Shown here piece by piece: positions 25,656 to 35,852 of a DNA stretch of 64,000 nt. Location: assembly GCA_965225955.1 (NCBI GenBank), contig CBDDBX010000027.1:9057-73056 (forward strand). The letters are read 5' to 3'. A program made the translations under genes and the position numbers. The stretch comes from Candidatus Aminicenantia bacterium (GTDB lineage Bacteria > Acidobacteriota > Aminicenantia > UBA2199). Under the pieces are notes generated by a model. That model made no database searches, had not been told where the DNA came from, and saw only the letters and a program-made list of their open reading frames with translations. The first letter of the stretch is position 1. Every line of letters starts with the position of its first letter.

Positions 25656-27743
25656 ATGAAGAGCAAATTTGGTTCACAGGTCTTTGATTTTGCTAAAATT
25701 GAAGATAAACTTCCGGCTACAATATTTAAAAAGTTCCGTAAATCTGTAGATGCCAGACGTTCTCTGGATGCAGATGTAGCAGAGTTTCTGGCTCATGAGA
25801 TAAAAGAGTGGGCAGAAGAGATGGGAGCTACCCATTTTACTCACTGGTTTTTACCTCTTACAGGAATCACTGCCGGTAAGCAGGAAACATTTCTTAAGCC
25901 GGATGGTGAAGGAAGAATAATCTCTTCTTTCTCAGGTAAGGATCTTGTTAAAGGAGAACCTGATGCCTCATCTTTTCCTCACGGTGGAATGCGTTCAACC
26001 TTTGAAGCCCGTGGTTATACTGCATGGGATCCTGCTTCTCCTGTTTTTATTGAGAAAAAAGGGAAAGGAGCTCTTCTCTATATTCCTTCTGTATATTTTG
26101 GATATAACGGGAAAGTTCTTGATAAAAAGACTCCTTTATTAAGGTCTCTCAGACTTATTAATGATGTGTCACTTAATATTCTGCGCCACCTCAATCAGAA
26201 TGTGAGCTGGGTAAAGAACATGATTGGTGCTGAACAGGAGTTTTTTCTTATAAATGAGGACGATTACAGAGCCCGTCCTGATCTTCGTACAGTAGGAAGA
26301 GCTATCTTTGCTGCACGTCCTCCTAAAGGACAGCAGATGGGGGATCACTATCTGGGAGAGATACCTGAAAAGGTGTTGTCTTTCTATGAAGATCTTGAAG
26401 AGGAGGCATTCAAATTAGGGATTCCCGTAAAAACAAGACACGGTGAAGTCGCTCCAAACCAGTTTGAAATAGCTCCGATTTTTGAAGAAGCAAATATTGC
26501 GGCAGATCACAACCAGATGTTAATGGAAATTCTGGCGAGAGTTGCACGTAAACATAAAATGGTATGTCTTTTCCATGAGAAGCCTTTCAAGTGTTTTAAT
26601 GGAAGTGGTAAACATATAAATTGGTCATTAATGGACAGTAAGGGAAGAAACCTTCTGTCTCCGGGTTCAACAAGGGGAACAAGAATCATATTTCTAACAT
26701 TCCTGGCAGGTTTTCTTGATGGAATAAAAAGACATAATGGTCTTTTACAGGCCTCCCTTGCCTCAGCAGGCAATGAATTCCGATTGGGGGGGCATGAAGC
26801 CCCACCCTCAATAATTTCAGTAAATCTCGGTGAAGAGCTGCAGACTATAATAAATAATCTGGAAGCATTTTTATCAGGGAAACTTAAAAAAGCAGAATTT
26901 CTGCGTTTTGAATCCTTTATTCCTCCTATACTGCACGATCTGTCTGACCGGAACAGAACATCACCTGTTGCATTTACAGGAAATAAGTTTGAGTTCAGAA
27001 TGCCGGGATCTTCAGCATCAATTGCCTTTCCGGTATCTGTAATAAACCTGATTGTAGGTGACGGACTTGATAGAGTTTATCGCCGGATTTCCGGTCACGA
27101 TAATGAGGATAAGGTTTTGAGTGAAATCAGTTCCATTCTTTCAGAATCCATGGATATAGTCTTTGATGGGGATAACTACGACAATAACTGGAAGGAGGAA
27201 GCTGAAAGAAGAGGCCTCTACATTCCTGAATCTGTTCCTGAAACTGTCTCAGTTATGAGAAACGATGAATCTGTAAAACTATTTGAGAAACACTCTGTAC
27301 TAAATGAAGATGAGCTTCATGCCAGAGCAGCAATTAAGAATGAAATGTATGTGAAAATAGTTGAAATGGAACTGAGGGTAGCGCGTTATATGCTAAGGGC
27401 TTATGTTATTCCCGCAGCTTTGAAGAATCAGACTATGCTTATTAATGCAGTTAAGGATTTTCCACCTGAACTTCTTAAGGCAAACAGTTCTCTTCTGGAC
27501 AATCAGTACAGGTTTATTGGTAAATTTGCTGATAAACTTGAGCGTACAATGGAGATGCTCTCTGTTCTTGATGACAACAATGAAAAGATTAAAGAGGGTA
27601 CTCCTGAAGAACAGGCTGCTTTCTGTTCTGATATTGTAAGAAAGAACATAGAGAAGACAGCTCTGGTTGTTGAAAAGATCGAAGAGAGGGTGGATCGTGG
27701 GGTCTGGACAATTCCAAGGATTACTGATATGCTTTTCCGGTAA
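25656..27743 (+). CDS. glnN: Glutamine synthetase type III.
   Basis: ~695 aa, the length typical of GSIII. GS catalytic motifs 'HGEVAPNQFEIAP' and 'FHEKPFKCFNGSGKHINWSL'. Confidence 0.8.
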   Translation: MKSKFGSQVFDFAKIEDKLPATIFKKFRKSVDARRSLDADVAEFLAHEIKEWAEEMGATHFTHWFLPLTGITAGKQETFLKPDGEGRIISSFSGKDLVKGEPDASSFPHGGMRSTFEARGYTAWDPASPVFIEKKGKGALLYIPSVYFGYNGKVLDKKTPLLRSLRLINDVSLNILRHLNQNVSWVKNMIGAEQEFFLINEDDYRARPDLRTVGRAIFAARPPKGQQMGDHYLGEIPEKVLSFYEDLEEEAFKLGIPVKTRHGEVAPNQFEIAPIFEEANIAADHNQMLMEILARVARKHKMVCLFHEKPFKCFNGSGKHINWSLMDSKGRNLLSPGSTRGTRIIFLTFLAGFLDGIKRHNGLLQASLASAGNEFRLGGHEAPPSIISVNLGEELQTIINNLEAFLSGKLKKAEFLRFESFIPPILHDLSDRNRTSPVAFTGNKFEFRMPGSSASIAFPVSVINLIVGDGLDRVYRRISGHDNEDKVLSEISSILSESMDIVFDGDNYDNNWKEEAERRGLYIPESVPETVSVMRNDESVKLFEKHSVLNEDELHARAAIKNEMYVKIVEMELRVARYMLRAYVIPAALKNQTMLINAVKDFPPELLKANSSLLDNQYRFIGKFADKLERTMEMLSVLDDNNEKIKEGTPEEQAAFCSDIVRKNIEKTALVVEKIEERVDRGVWTIPRITDMLFR

Positions 27744-27763
27744 ACTTTTTTACGGAAATAAGC

Positions 27764-28576
27764 ATGATTGTAAAATACCTTCTTCAATTGTACAGATTTG
27801 ACGTTTTTATTGTAACAACTATAACGGCTCTACTGGGATATACATTTCTTGATGTGGAACCAGGACTGAAAGAGATTGGTATATGTCTCTTTATATCAGC
27901 CTTTATATATAATTATGTCTATATTATAAATGCTCTGGCAGATATAAAAGAGGATATGATAAACAAGGCAGACAGACCTCTGCCTTCAGGACGCCTGAGT
28001 AAAAAAACTGTTTACATATATCTTGCTGTAATAACGATTGTCTCTGTAACAGGTATTCAGATATTCTTTACAGGGCTCTCTTTATATATGGCATGGTTCG
28101 TTATTCTTATGGGGATACTCTATTCTGTTCCTCCGGTTGCTTTAAAAAGAATACCCATATACGGAGCTTTTGTAACAGGATGGGGGCTTATTCACCCTAT
28201 TTTCATAACCGGGGATATGAGAATTCTGTGGGATGCAGTTATACTTATTCTTCTGGCTTTCGGTAATACAATTCTAAAAGATCTTTCAGATATTGAAGGA
28301 GACAGAGCTGCAGGCAGAAGAGTTGTTACAGATTTCATGTCTGTCAAGGGAGTACTGTTAATAGCTATCGGGCTTCTTGTTACTTCATCTGTACTTGGTA
28401 TTTTCTATCTCAGAAACAGCCTTTTATCAATACTCCCCGCAATAACAGCTGTTAATCTTTTAGTTCACCTCTTCAAAGTCGATGAAGATACTATCTGTAA
28501 AAAGATATACGACAGAGCTATTATGTCTACAGTTCTTTCAGCAGTAATTGTTGTAGGGCTATCATATTTCGTTTGA
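27764..28576 (+). CDS. UbiA family prenyltransferase (membrane).
   Basis: 'NALADIKEDMINKADRPLPSGRLS' (NxxxDxxxD Asp-rich motif). Polytopic. Confidence 0.7.
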   Translation: MIVKYLLQLYRFDVFIVTTITALLGYTFLDVEPGLKEIGICLFISAFIYNYVYIINALADIKEDMINKADRPLPSGRLSKKTVYIYLAVITIVSVTGIQIFFTGLSLYMAWFVILMGILYSVPPVALKRIPIYGAFVTGWGLIHPIFITGDMRILWDAVILILLAFGNTILKDLSDIEGDRAAGRRVVTDFMSVKGVLLIAIGLLVTSSVLGIFYLRNSLLSILPAITAVNLLVHLFKVDEDTICKKIYDRAIMSTVLSAVIVVGLSYFV

Positions 28577-28909
28577 TATTCCTGCTGGTTCACCTGTTAA
28601 GATAGCTGCACAAATTACCATTGAATAGCAGAAAGCCCCTCCTTTCCTCACCTGACTGTATTGGCGAGTCACTTTATTTAAAGATTTGATGGAAAACTCA
28701 TAGTTCGTAAAACATCAAAAATCAAGGAGGGGGGGGCAGCAAACTGAGAGCTTTAGCGAATCAGTGTAGCTGACGGGGTGGTCCTGGAAAGTCCTGCAAC
28801 ATTTAGAATAAATCTGATTGAGCAAAAAATGCTTAAGCTAGTGGCATTCCTGTTTGTTATTGAATGTCAAGGCGAAGCCGTGTTCTTTGTGTTGCTGTTC
28901 ATAAAACGA

Positions 28910-29866
28910 TTAAATCCAGCTTTGAAGCACAAGGAACCAGAAGGGTAGGGATATAAGTGACAGCAGTGTTGAGAATCCGATAATCCCCGCTATAAGTTCC
29001 TGATCTATCTCTGTAAAATCCCCGAAAAAAGGAGCCATTGCTGCAGTAGGCATAACAGACTCCAGAAGTATAACTCTTGTAGTAGCTATATCTACAGTAA
29101 AGAGCTGTTTAACAATCCATAGAGTAGCCAGTCCCACAACTATACCACCACCAAGCCTTGTGGCAGAAGAGAGGATTACTGGTTTAAGATGCTCTTTTTT
29201 AATTCTTAACTTAAAGTTAAGTCCAATAGTAAAGAGTATCATTGGTATGGTTATACCGGAGAACTGGGTTATAAATTTCATACCAAACTGTGGTACTTCG
29301 ATTTTTGTAAGATTAAGAGCAATTGCCAGAGCAGCTGTTGCAAGAGGAATAGAGGCGTTGTTCTTCAGAATAGCAAAGAAGTTTATCTTATCTGATTCAG
29401 AATGGCGATTTTTTCTGTTCATCATCCAGAAACCGCAGAAAAGAAACATTGGCCAGAAGAATATAGTAAAGAAAACAGCTCTTGTAAACTCCTGGTTTCC
29501 GTAGAATGTAAAGAGCACACCCCACCCAAGGTAGCTGTAGTTACCTACAAATACAGAATACATAAAACTCTTCTGTTGTGCCGGATCTTTCGAAGAGTAG
29601 CCTGCAAGAGTAAGGGCTGCCAGAGTGAATATAGCAGTCATGATTACAAAAGCAGTACCGTTGGGGAGGAACTGCTTAATACTTGCAATATCTGCAAGGT
29701 AGAGGTTTTTAAATATAATAAAAGGAACAGATACTCTTATTACAAATTTCCTCAGTGTTACAGTTTCTGATTTCGAAAAAAGGTTCAGATGCCTGAAAGC
29801 ATATCCAAACCCTATAGGCAGAAGAACTGGTAAGACAGCCAGCACCAGTGAGTTAAAATTATCCAT
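28910..29866 (-). CDS. AEC (auxin efflux carrier / malate permease-like) family transporter.
   Basis: 318 aa, ~10 TM, two-repeat architecture typical of AEC. Confidence 0.65.
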   Translation of the reverse strand: MDNFNSLVLAVLPVLLPIGFGYAFRHLNLFSKSETVTLRKFVIRVSVPFIIFKNLYLADIASIKQFLPNGTAFVIMTAIFTLAALTLAGYSSKDPAQQKSFMYSVFVGNYSYLGWGVLFTFYGNQEFTRAVFFTIFFWPMFLFCGFWMMNRKNRHSESDKINFFAILKNNASIPLATAALAIALNLTKIEVPQFGMKFITQFSGITIPMILFTIGLNFKLRIKKEHLKPVILSSATRLGGGIVVGLATLWIVKQLFTVDIATTRVILLESVMPTAAMAPFFGDFTEIDQELIAGIIGFSTLLSLISLPFWFLVLQSWI

Positions 29867-29905
29867 TGATGAATTTTAACACAGCAGTCAGGTGACAGGA
29901 AAGAC

Positions 29906-30577
29906 CTATTTATCGAAGTAGTATTTTTCGATATACTCCTGCTGAACTTTAAATGACCAGTGAATGTTGTGGATCTCATTGGCTGCACGCTCAACATCAC
30001 CTTTCTTCAGAAGGTCAATGAGCTGCTGATGCCATTTAATTGAAAGGTATTCCCACTCTTTAATGCACTGGGTTTTTTTAATAAAGTCGTATAGCCTCTT
30101 TTTGAGAGTGTTTACAGTTTTGATGAGTACTTTGTTCTGTGACAGATCTATATAGACGTTGTGAAATTTCAGATTATATTTGTGAAACTGGTTGAAGCTG
30201 TCACGATCAAGAGCCGCAAGCATCTTGTCGTTATACGTCTGCATCAGGTCAATTTCATGTTGTGTGAATTTACCAAATGAGAGCTCAAGGGCAGATCTTT
30301 CGAGTGCTCCAATGATCTGATAATACTCTTTAATATCCTCTTTGGTCAGTTCGTTTACATATATTCCCTTACGGGCTTTAATAGTAACAAAACCTTCCAT
30401 TTCAAGCTGAATAAGTGCATCTCTCAGAGGTGTTTTACTTATTCCAAGCTTTTCGCTGGTTTCGTTCATATTAATTGCTGCGCCGGCTTTGAATTTACCC
30501 TGCTGAATCTGATCTCTAAGGTATTCATATACCTGTTCTTTTAAGGATTTTGTTATTATTCTGGTTTCTCTGCTCAT
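29906..30577 (-). CDS. GntR family transcriptional regulator (FadR/FCD subfamily).
   Basis: wHTH 'ETSEKLGISKTPLRDALIQLEMEGFVTIKARKGIYV' plus an all-helical C-terminal domain. Confidence 0.8.
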   Translation of the reverse strand: MSRETRIITKSLKEQVYEYLRDQIQQGKFKAGAAINMNETSEKLGISKTPLRDALIQLEMEGFVTIKARKGIYVNELTKEDIKEYYQIIGALERSALELSFGKFTQHEIDLMQTYNDKMLAALDRDSFNQFHKYNLKFHNVYIDLSQNKVLIKTVNTLKKRLYDFIKKTQCIKEWEYLSIKWHQQLIDLLKKGDVERAANEIHNIHWSFKVQQEYIEKYYFDK

Positions 30578-30731
30578 AATTGATTTATAGCATAGTATTT
30601 TTCTTATTGCAACTGAAATTTAATTAGATAAAACGATGTTTCGTAAAATATTTTAAGGTTGAACAGAGAGAGTTCCGAAGAGACGGGAGGTAATATGTCC
30701 CGTCTCCGTTTATAATTGGGTGTTCAAAAAG

Positions 30732-31754
30732 TTAAAGTTTAATTTTAATTAATTCCCAGGTCTCATCATCCACATTTTCAACAAACTTATAAAAGTGACC
30801 TTTATGGATTATATATGGAGAAGTAAATCCAAGACCATAAGTATGAGGAATCGGAAGATATACTTTCTTAATCTCTTTTCCTTTTGTATCTGTAATGATG
30901 CACTCTCTATCTTCCCCTTTCATATTATTTGTAAAGATATTAAGTCTGTTTCCGTCAGGCCACATGAAGAATATAGGAGGAAAAGCTTCTCTGAAGCTGA
31001 TTCTGTTTTTAAAGAAGCTGTACATATTTTTGTAATTAGGATCTGTTTTAAACCATTCTGTTGTTTTATTTTTATAGTCAGCAGGAACAGGTAGTTTTTT
31101 AACTTTCTTCCTGATCTTATTTACAATATCCCCGTTTGTGTTGTATTCGTTTATAGCAAAGCCTTCACGCCCAACAGTAATATATAGTTTATCTCCTTCA
31201 GGTGTAGGATAGAAAGGAGCTATCGGGAAGTTGAACTGTACATTCATTCCGGTCTGGAAATCTGTTTTATATAGAAGCTTTCCCTTTTTGAATTTACTGT
31301 CTGCAAGAAAAAGAGCCAGAACTCTCAGCTGGGGATTACCGTCCTTTTCTGCTGTGGACATACAAACATACTTATCTCCAAAAGGAAAGTATGAATCAAA
31401 GGGAGCGATCTTGTGCTCTTCTATAAAATCTCCGGTTTTACTGAATACTGATACTTTGGAAGAACTACTTATATACACTTTATCGTTATGTGGCATTACA
31501 ACCAGCGGAGCTCCGAACATCATCTTCTTCAGTTCTCCCGGGCCTTCGCCGTTTTTCCCGAACTTTTTGACAAAAGTAAAATCTGACTCTTTATAAATAT
31601 ATATGGTAGTACCTTCCAGAACATACATATATCCATTACCAAATGTTACAGATTCCGGTTTACCAAACTCTTCCATAGTAGCGACAACGTTGTTATTGCT
31701 GTATCCACAAACCGTTACAGCAATTAGCAATATAAAAAATACAACTTTTTTCAT
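30732..31754 (-). CDS. Hypothetical lipoprotein/secreted protein (beta-propeller-like).
   Basis: N-terminus MKKVVFFILLIAVTVCG with a lipobox-like Cys. No recognisable catalytic motifs. Confidence 0.5.
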   Translation of the reverse strand: MKKVVFFILLIAVTVCGYSNNNVVATMEEFGKPESVTFGNGYMYVLEGTTIYIYKESDFTFVKKFGKNGEGPGELKKMMFGAPLVVMPHNDKVYISSSSKVSVFSKTGDFIEEHKIAPFDSYFPFGDKYVCMSTAEKDGNPQLRVLALFLADSKFKKGKLLYKTDFQTGMNVQFNFPIAPFYPTPEGDKLYITVGREGFAINEYNTNGDIVNKIRKKVKKLPVPADYKNKTTEWFKTDPNYKNMYSFFKNRISFREAFPPIFFMWPDGNRLNIFTNNMKGEDRECIITDTKGKEIKKVYLPIPHTYGLGFTSPYIIHKGHFYKFVENVDDETWELIKIKL

Positions 31755-31935
31755 TCTTATTCTCCTGAATATATTGGCCATTTTATGACGAATGTATAAT
31801 ATAAATATATTTTTAATGAATTACAACACAAAAATTAATTGGTGAAGTGCCATCTTTCTGCTATAATAGCGTCTCAACTTTGTCTCACATATTTCCGGGA
31901 CAGGAAATCGACATTGAATCTTTCGGGAGAAGTTT

Positions 31936-33750
31936 ATGAAAAAGATAAAGAATATTGCAATTATTGCACACGTAGATCATGGTAAGACAACACTTATAGA
32001 TGCTGCTCTAAGACAGGCGGGTATTTTCCGCAGCAATCAGAAGGTTGCAGAAAGAGTTATGGACTCAAATGATCTGGAGAGAGAAAAGGGGATTACCATT
32101 TTCTCAAAAAATGCAGCCTTCAGTTACAGGGATTTTAAAATCAACATTGTTGATACTCCGGGACATGCTGATTTTGGTGGTGAAGTTCAGAGAATAATGA
32201 AGATGGTTGATTCAGTACTTCTTCTGGTAGATGCTTTTGAAGGAGCTATGCCCCAGACAAAATATGTTCTGAAGAAATCTCTTGAACAGGGACTGAAACC
32301 TATTGTTGTTATAAATAAGATAGATAGACCCAATGCAAGGCCTGACGAGGTACTTGATCAGGTTTTTGATCTTTTTGTTGAACTTGAGGCAAATGAAGAA
32401 CAGCTTGATTTTCCTATAGTGTATGCTTCAGCAAAAGAGGGCTTTGCTATGCTGGATACTTCAGAAGAGGGGAAAGATCTTACTCCGCTTTTTGATACTA
32501 TTATAGAAAATGTCAAAGAGCCGGAAGGAGATGAAAACGCTGATTTTCAGTTCTTCACATCTGCTGTAAGTTTTGATAACTATATTGGTAAAATCGGAAC
32601 AGGAAGAATCCATAACGGTACAATAAAACATGGTGAAGAGGTAACTCTTATAAAACGTAATGGTTCAACAGTTGATTTTAAAATAACCAAACTGTTTACT
32701 TATGACGGTCTTGGAAGAGTTGCTGTTAAAGAGGCTAAAGCGGGAGATATTATTTCGATTGCAGGAATAGATTCTGTAGATGTTGGAGAAACTATTGCTT
32801 CTAAAAATAACCCTGTTGCTCTTCCGGGAATAGCTATAGATGAGCCAACTCTGGCTATGACCTTTCTTGTTAATGATTCACCTTTTGCAGGTAATGAAGG
32901 TAAGTATGTAACCTCAAGACATGTGAGGGAAAGGTTGCAGAAGGAGCTTCTTACCAATGTTAATCTCAGAGTTGAAGAGACAGATGTGATGAATGCTTTC
33001 ACAGTAAAAGGCAGAGGCGCACTTCAGTTATCAATTCTTATAGAAAACATGAGGCGTGAAGGCTACGAATTCCAGGTGTCAAGGCCGGAAGTTATAATGA
33101 AAGAGATTGATGGTGTTATGTGTGAGCCTATTGAAACAGTCACTGTTGATGTGGAAGATGAGTTCTCCGGTGTGGTTATTGAAATGTTCGGACAGAGAAA
33201 AGGTGAACTAAAGAATATGGTATCAGGTAATGGTGGGTACACCCGCCTGGAGTTTATGATGCCTGCGAGAGGTCTTATTGGAATTAATAATGAGTTTCTT
33301 ACTTCTACAAGAGGTACAGGTATACTGAATCACAGTTTTTACGGCTATGAGCCTTTCAGAGGTGAGTTGAGTCGTAAATCCAAAGGCGTGCTAATTGCTC
33401 TTGAGCCCGGAACAACTGTTCCTTTTGCTCTCTTCAATCTGCAGGATAGGGGAGTAATGTTTGTAAATAGCGGAATTCCAGTCTATCCGGGAATGATTAT
33501 CGGGGAACACAGTAAAGATAATGATCTGGTTGTAAATGCCTGTAAAACAAAAAAACTGACCAATATGAGATCTTCTGGAGCAGATGATGCGGTAAGAGTT
33601 ACTCCTCCAAGGCAGTTTACTCTTGAACTTGCACTTGAGTACATCGGTGATGATGAACTGCTTGAAGTTACTCCTCAGAATATAAGAATGAGAAAGAAGA
33701 TTCTGGATCACAATCTCCGCAAAAGAGATGAAAAAAAGAAGAGTGCTTAA
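31936..33750 (+). CDS. typA: Translational GTPase TypA/BipA.
   Basis: 'NIAIIAHVDHGKTTL', 'DTPGHADF', 'NKIDR'; 604 aa. Confidence 0.95.
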   Translation: MKKIKNIAIIAHVDHGKTTLIDAALRQAGIFRSNQKVAERVMDSNDLEREKGITIFSKNAAFSYRDFKINIVDTPGHADFGGEVQRIMKMVDSVLLLVDAFEGAMPQTKYVLKKSLEQGLKPIVVINKIDRPNARPDEVLDQVFDLFVELEANEEQLDFPIVYASAKEGFAMLDTSEEGKDLTPLFDTIIENVKEPEGDENADFQFFTSAVSFDNYIGKIGTGRIHNGTIKHGEEVTLIKRNGSTVDFKITKLFTYDGLGRVAVKEAKAGDIISIAGIDSVDVGETIASKNNPVALPGIAIDEPTLAMTFLVNDSPFAGNEGKYVTSRHVRERLQKELLTNVNLRVEETDVMNAFTVKGRGALQLSILIENMRREGYEFQVSRPEVIMKEIDGVMCEPIETVTVDVEDEFSGVVIEMFGQRKGELKNMVSGNGGYTRLEFMMPARGLIGINNEFLTSTRGTGILNHSFYGYEPFRGELSRKSKGVLIALEPGTTVPFALFNLQDRGVMFVNSGIPVYPGMIIGEHSKDNDLVVNACKTKKLTNMRSSGADDAVRVTPPRQFTLELALEYIGDDELLEVTPQNIRMRKKILDHNLRKRDEKKKSA

Positions 33751-33772
33751 AAATAAAATAGACGGATACTGT

Positions 33773-33796
33773 AAGGACGCAATATTTTGCGTCCTT
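33773..33796 (+). terminator. Rho-independent terminator-like hairpin downstream of typA.
   Basis: 'aaggacgcaa tatt ttgcgtcctt' gives a 10-bp stem, followed by an A/T-rich run. Confidence 0.5.
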
Positions 33797-34153
33797 AATA
33801 AAATCTTTAAAATTCACCCGGGGACTTCAAAATATTAACCAGTTACGTTAAGCCTTCCATAAAAAAACCTGTTTATCTTTGCCTTTTTTCTTTTTTTTCA
33901 ATTTTTGAAAAATTAATAATTGAAAAAAAAAGAGAAAAAATTTTATTATCTATAGAAATGTATTTCCGATTAAGGTATAACAAGCTTTTAACGGCATGAA
34001 CATATTTGAATTGAGAAAACGTGTTACTTTAAATTCCCTTGTGTGATTGCTTTAGTTCTTTGTTTATAAAATTGTTACATAAAGATCTGGTTCACAGTAC
34101 TGGGATTATAGTTTTTCAGAGTGGGTCAGGAAATTAATTTCAAGGAGACATTT

Positions 34154-34435
34154 ATGAGTAACAGGAAAGTTTATGTAGGGAATATCCCTTATTCAACTCA
34201 GGAAGATGATCTGACTGCTATTTTTTCAGAATGCGGTGGCATTGAAGAAATAAAAATTATCAGAGATTATGAAACCGGCAGATCAAAGGGTTTTGCATTT
34301 ATCACATTTGAAACACCAGAAGGAATGCAGAGTGCACTTGCAAAAGATGGTAATGACATGGGTGGAAGAAACCTCAGAGTTAATGAAGCCGAAAACAAAA
34401 GAAGAAACTCAGACAATTTTCGTAAAAACTATTAA
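34154..34435 (+). CDS. RRM-domain RNA-binding protein.
   Basis: RNP-2 'VYVGNI', RNP-1 'KGFAFITF', Gly/Arg-rich tail. Preceded by a ~400-nt A/T-rich non-coding leader. Confidence 0.85.
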   Translation: MSNRKVYVGNIPYSTQEDDLTAIFSECGGIEEIKIIRDYETGRSKGFAFITFETPEGMQSALAKDGNDMGGRNLRVNEAENKRRNSDNFRKNY

Positions 34436-34548
34436 TTGAGCTTTTAAGTATAAATTTGCTTTAGTTTCGATCTTAGAGAGAATTTAATCTGTATCTGTTT
34501 TGAAAATCCCGGAGTCTTCCGGGAGTAGTTAGTTGTAGATTTGATTCC

Positions 34549-35040
34549 ATGAAAAAAACATTGATTGTTTATACCACCAATCATGGTACTACTGAGAAAG
34601 CAGCAAAGATGATTTCTGATCATTTATCCGGTTCTGCTCAAATGATAAATATCAAAAAAGAGAAGATACCGGACGTTAATCTGTACGATCAGGTCATTAT
34701 TGGTGGTTCAATTTATGCAGGTAAGACGGGGCGGCGTCTTATTCGATTCTGCAGAGAAAATCTTGATATTCTTATTAAGAAAAATATAGCTCTTTTTATC
34801 TGCTGTTTTGAGCAGTCACCTAAAAGAGAAGAGCAGTTTGCTGCCTCATTTCCGGTTGAACTGAGGAGGGTATCTCTTATTGACGGTTTTTTCGGTGGAG
34901 AGTTCATTGTTAATGATATGAACTTTTTCGAAAAGCTTGTCGTTAAAAAGGTGGCTTCAGCAAAATCATCTGTATCTTTCTTTGATAAAGAAGCAGTAGG
35001 TGTTTTTGCTGAAGGATTCAGGCGAAGGTGTGAGTTCTAA
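34549..35040 (+). CDS. Flavodoxin-like domain protein.
   Basis: 'LIVYTTNHGTTEKAAKMI' is a flavodoxin FMN-loop-like N-terminus. Confidence 0.6.
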   Translation: MKKTLIVYTTNHGTTEKAAKMISDHLSGSAQMINIKKEKIPDVNLYDQVIIGGSIYAGKTGRRLIRFCRENLDILIKKNIALFICCFEQSPKREEQFAASFPVELRRVSLIDGFFGGEFIVNDMNFFEKLVVKKVASAKSSVSFFDKEAVGVFAEGFRRRCEF

Positions 35041-35690
35041 ACAGCAGTTTTAAGGGCTTCTCTCAGTTCTAGGCATTTTGCTTCAACTTTTTCCGGGGAT
35101 TTTTTCTTAAATTCCACGACGAAGTTCTTAAGAGCATTAATTGTTTTTTTGACCTCTTTTACTACTTTACTTTTGAAGAGTCCGGCAAAAACAGATTTAG
35201 GTACAACGAAACTCTTGTATATCAGAATAGTACGATTCCCGGAAGGAATGAATCTGGCCCATCCCTTACTGTCTTTGGCAGAACTTGAACTTACCTGATA
35301 CCAGCTGATTATGTAGCTGTTATCATCTCTGGATATAACATTCCCTGTAACATATTTTGAATTGGCTGCAGGAAATGGCAGATCCATTTCAAAATCAACA
35401 TGTTTTTCGACAGGGGAGATAATCTTTACGATATCTGCTTTTATGAGTCTTGGAACATAAGTCTTCTGCAGAGGATAATCTGTAAATATTGCCATAGCTT
35501 CCTCAGCTGTAGATTCAATAGTGTCATAAATGATTACTTCAGGCCAGACAAAGCCTTTCAGTTTTGTAACAACTGCTACCTGCTCGCCTTTAAGAGCTTT
35601 TTCAACCATAGATTCATCAGGTGTGAATTCGGTATTTGAAAAGAGAAAGCCTGAAGTCAGTACAAAAAAAATAAAAATCCTTGTTAACAT
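35037..35690 (-). CDS. Hypothetical secreted protein.
   Basis: Signal peptide MLTRIFIFFVLTSGFLFS. No family recognised. Confidence 0.45.
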   Translation of the reverse strand: MLTRIFIFFVLTSGFLFSNTEFTPDESMVEKALKGEQVAVVTKLKGFVWPEVIIYDTIESTAEEAMAIFTDYPLQKTYVPRLIKADIVKIISPVEKHVDFEMDLPFPAANSKYVTGNVISRDDNSYIISWYQVSSSSAKDSKGWARFIPSGNRTILIYKSFVVPKSVFAGLFKSKVVKEVKKTINALKNFVVEFKKKSPEKVEAKCLELREALKTAV

Positions 35691-35852
35691 ATTTACTCCC
35701 ATAATTAAAAAAACATTATAGCCTATTGAAAGGGAAGGTGCTACTCAATACCCGCTTTTATACGGATTTAAAATATTAAACCCCTACATTTATCTATCAT
35801 CCAAACCAACCCCTGAATTGCTAAAAAACAGGTGCTATGTTATATTTGGCAG

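Noticed and set aside
28720-28830. tmRNA or RNase P RNA candidate ('ggggggggcagcaaactgagagctttagcgaatcag', 'ggtggtcctggaaagtcctgc')
   Set aside because: No tRNA-like 3' end (no GGTTCGAATCC...CCA). The putative tag reading frame does not end in a hydrophobic ALAA-type tail. The RNase P P4 consensus (GGAAAGUCCGGGCUCC) is not matched beyond 9 nt.
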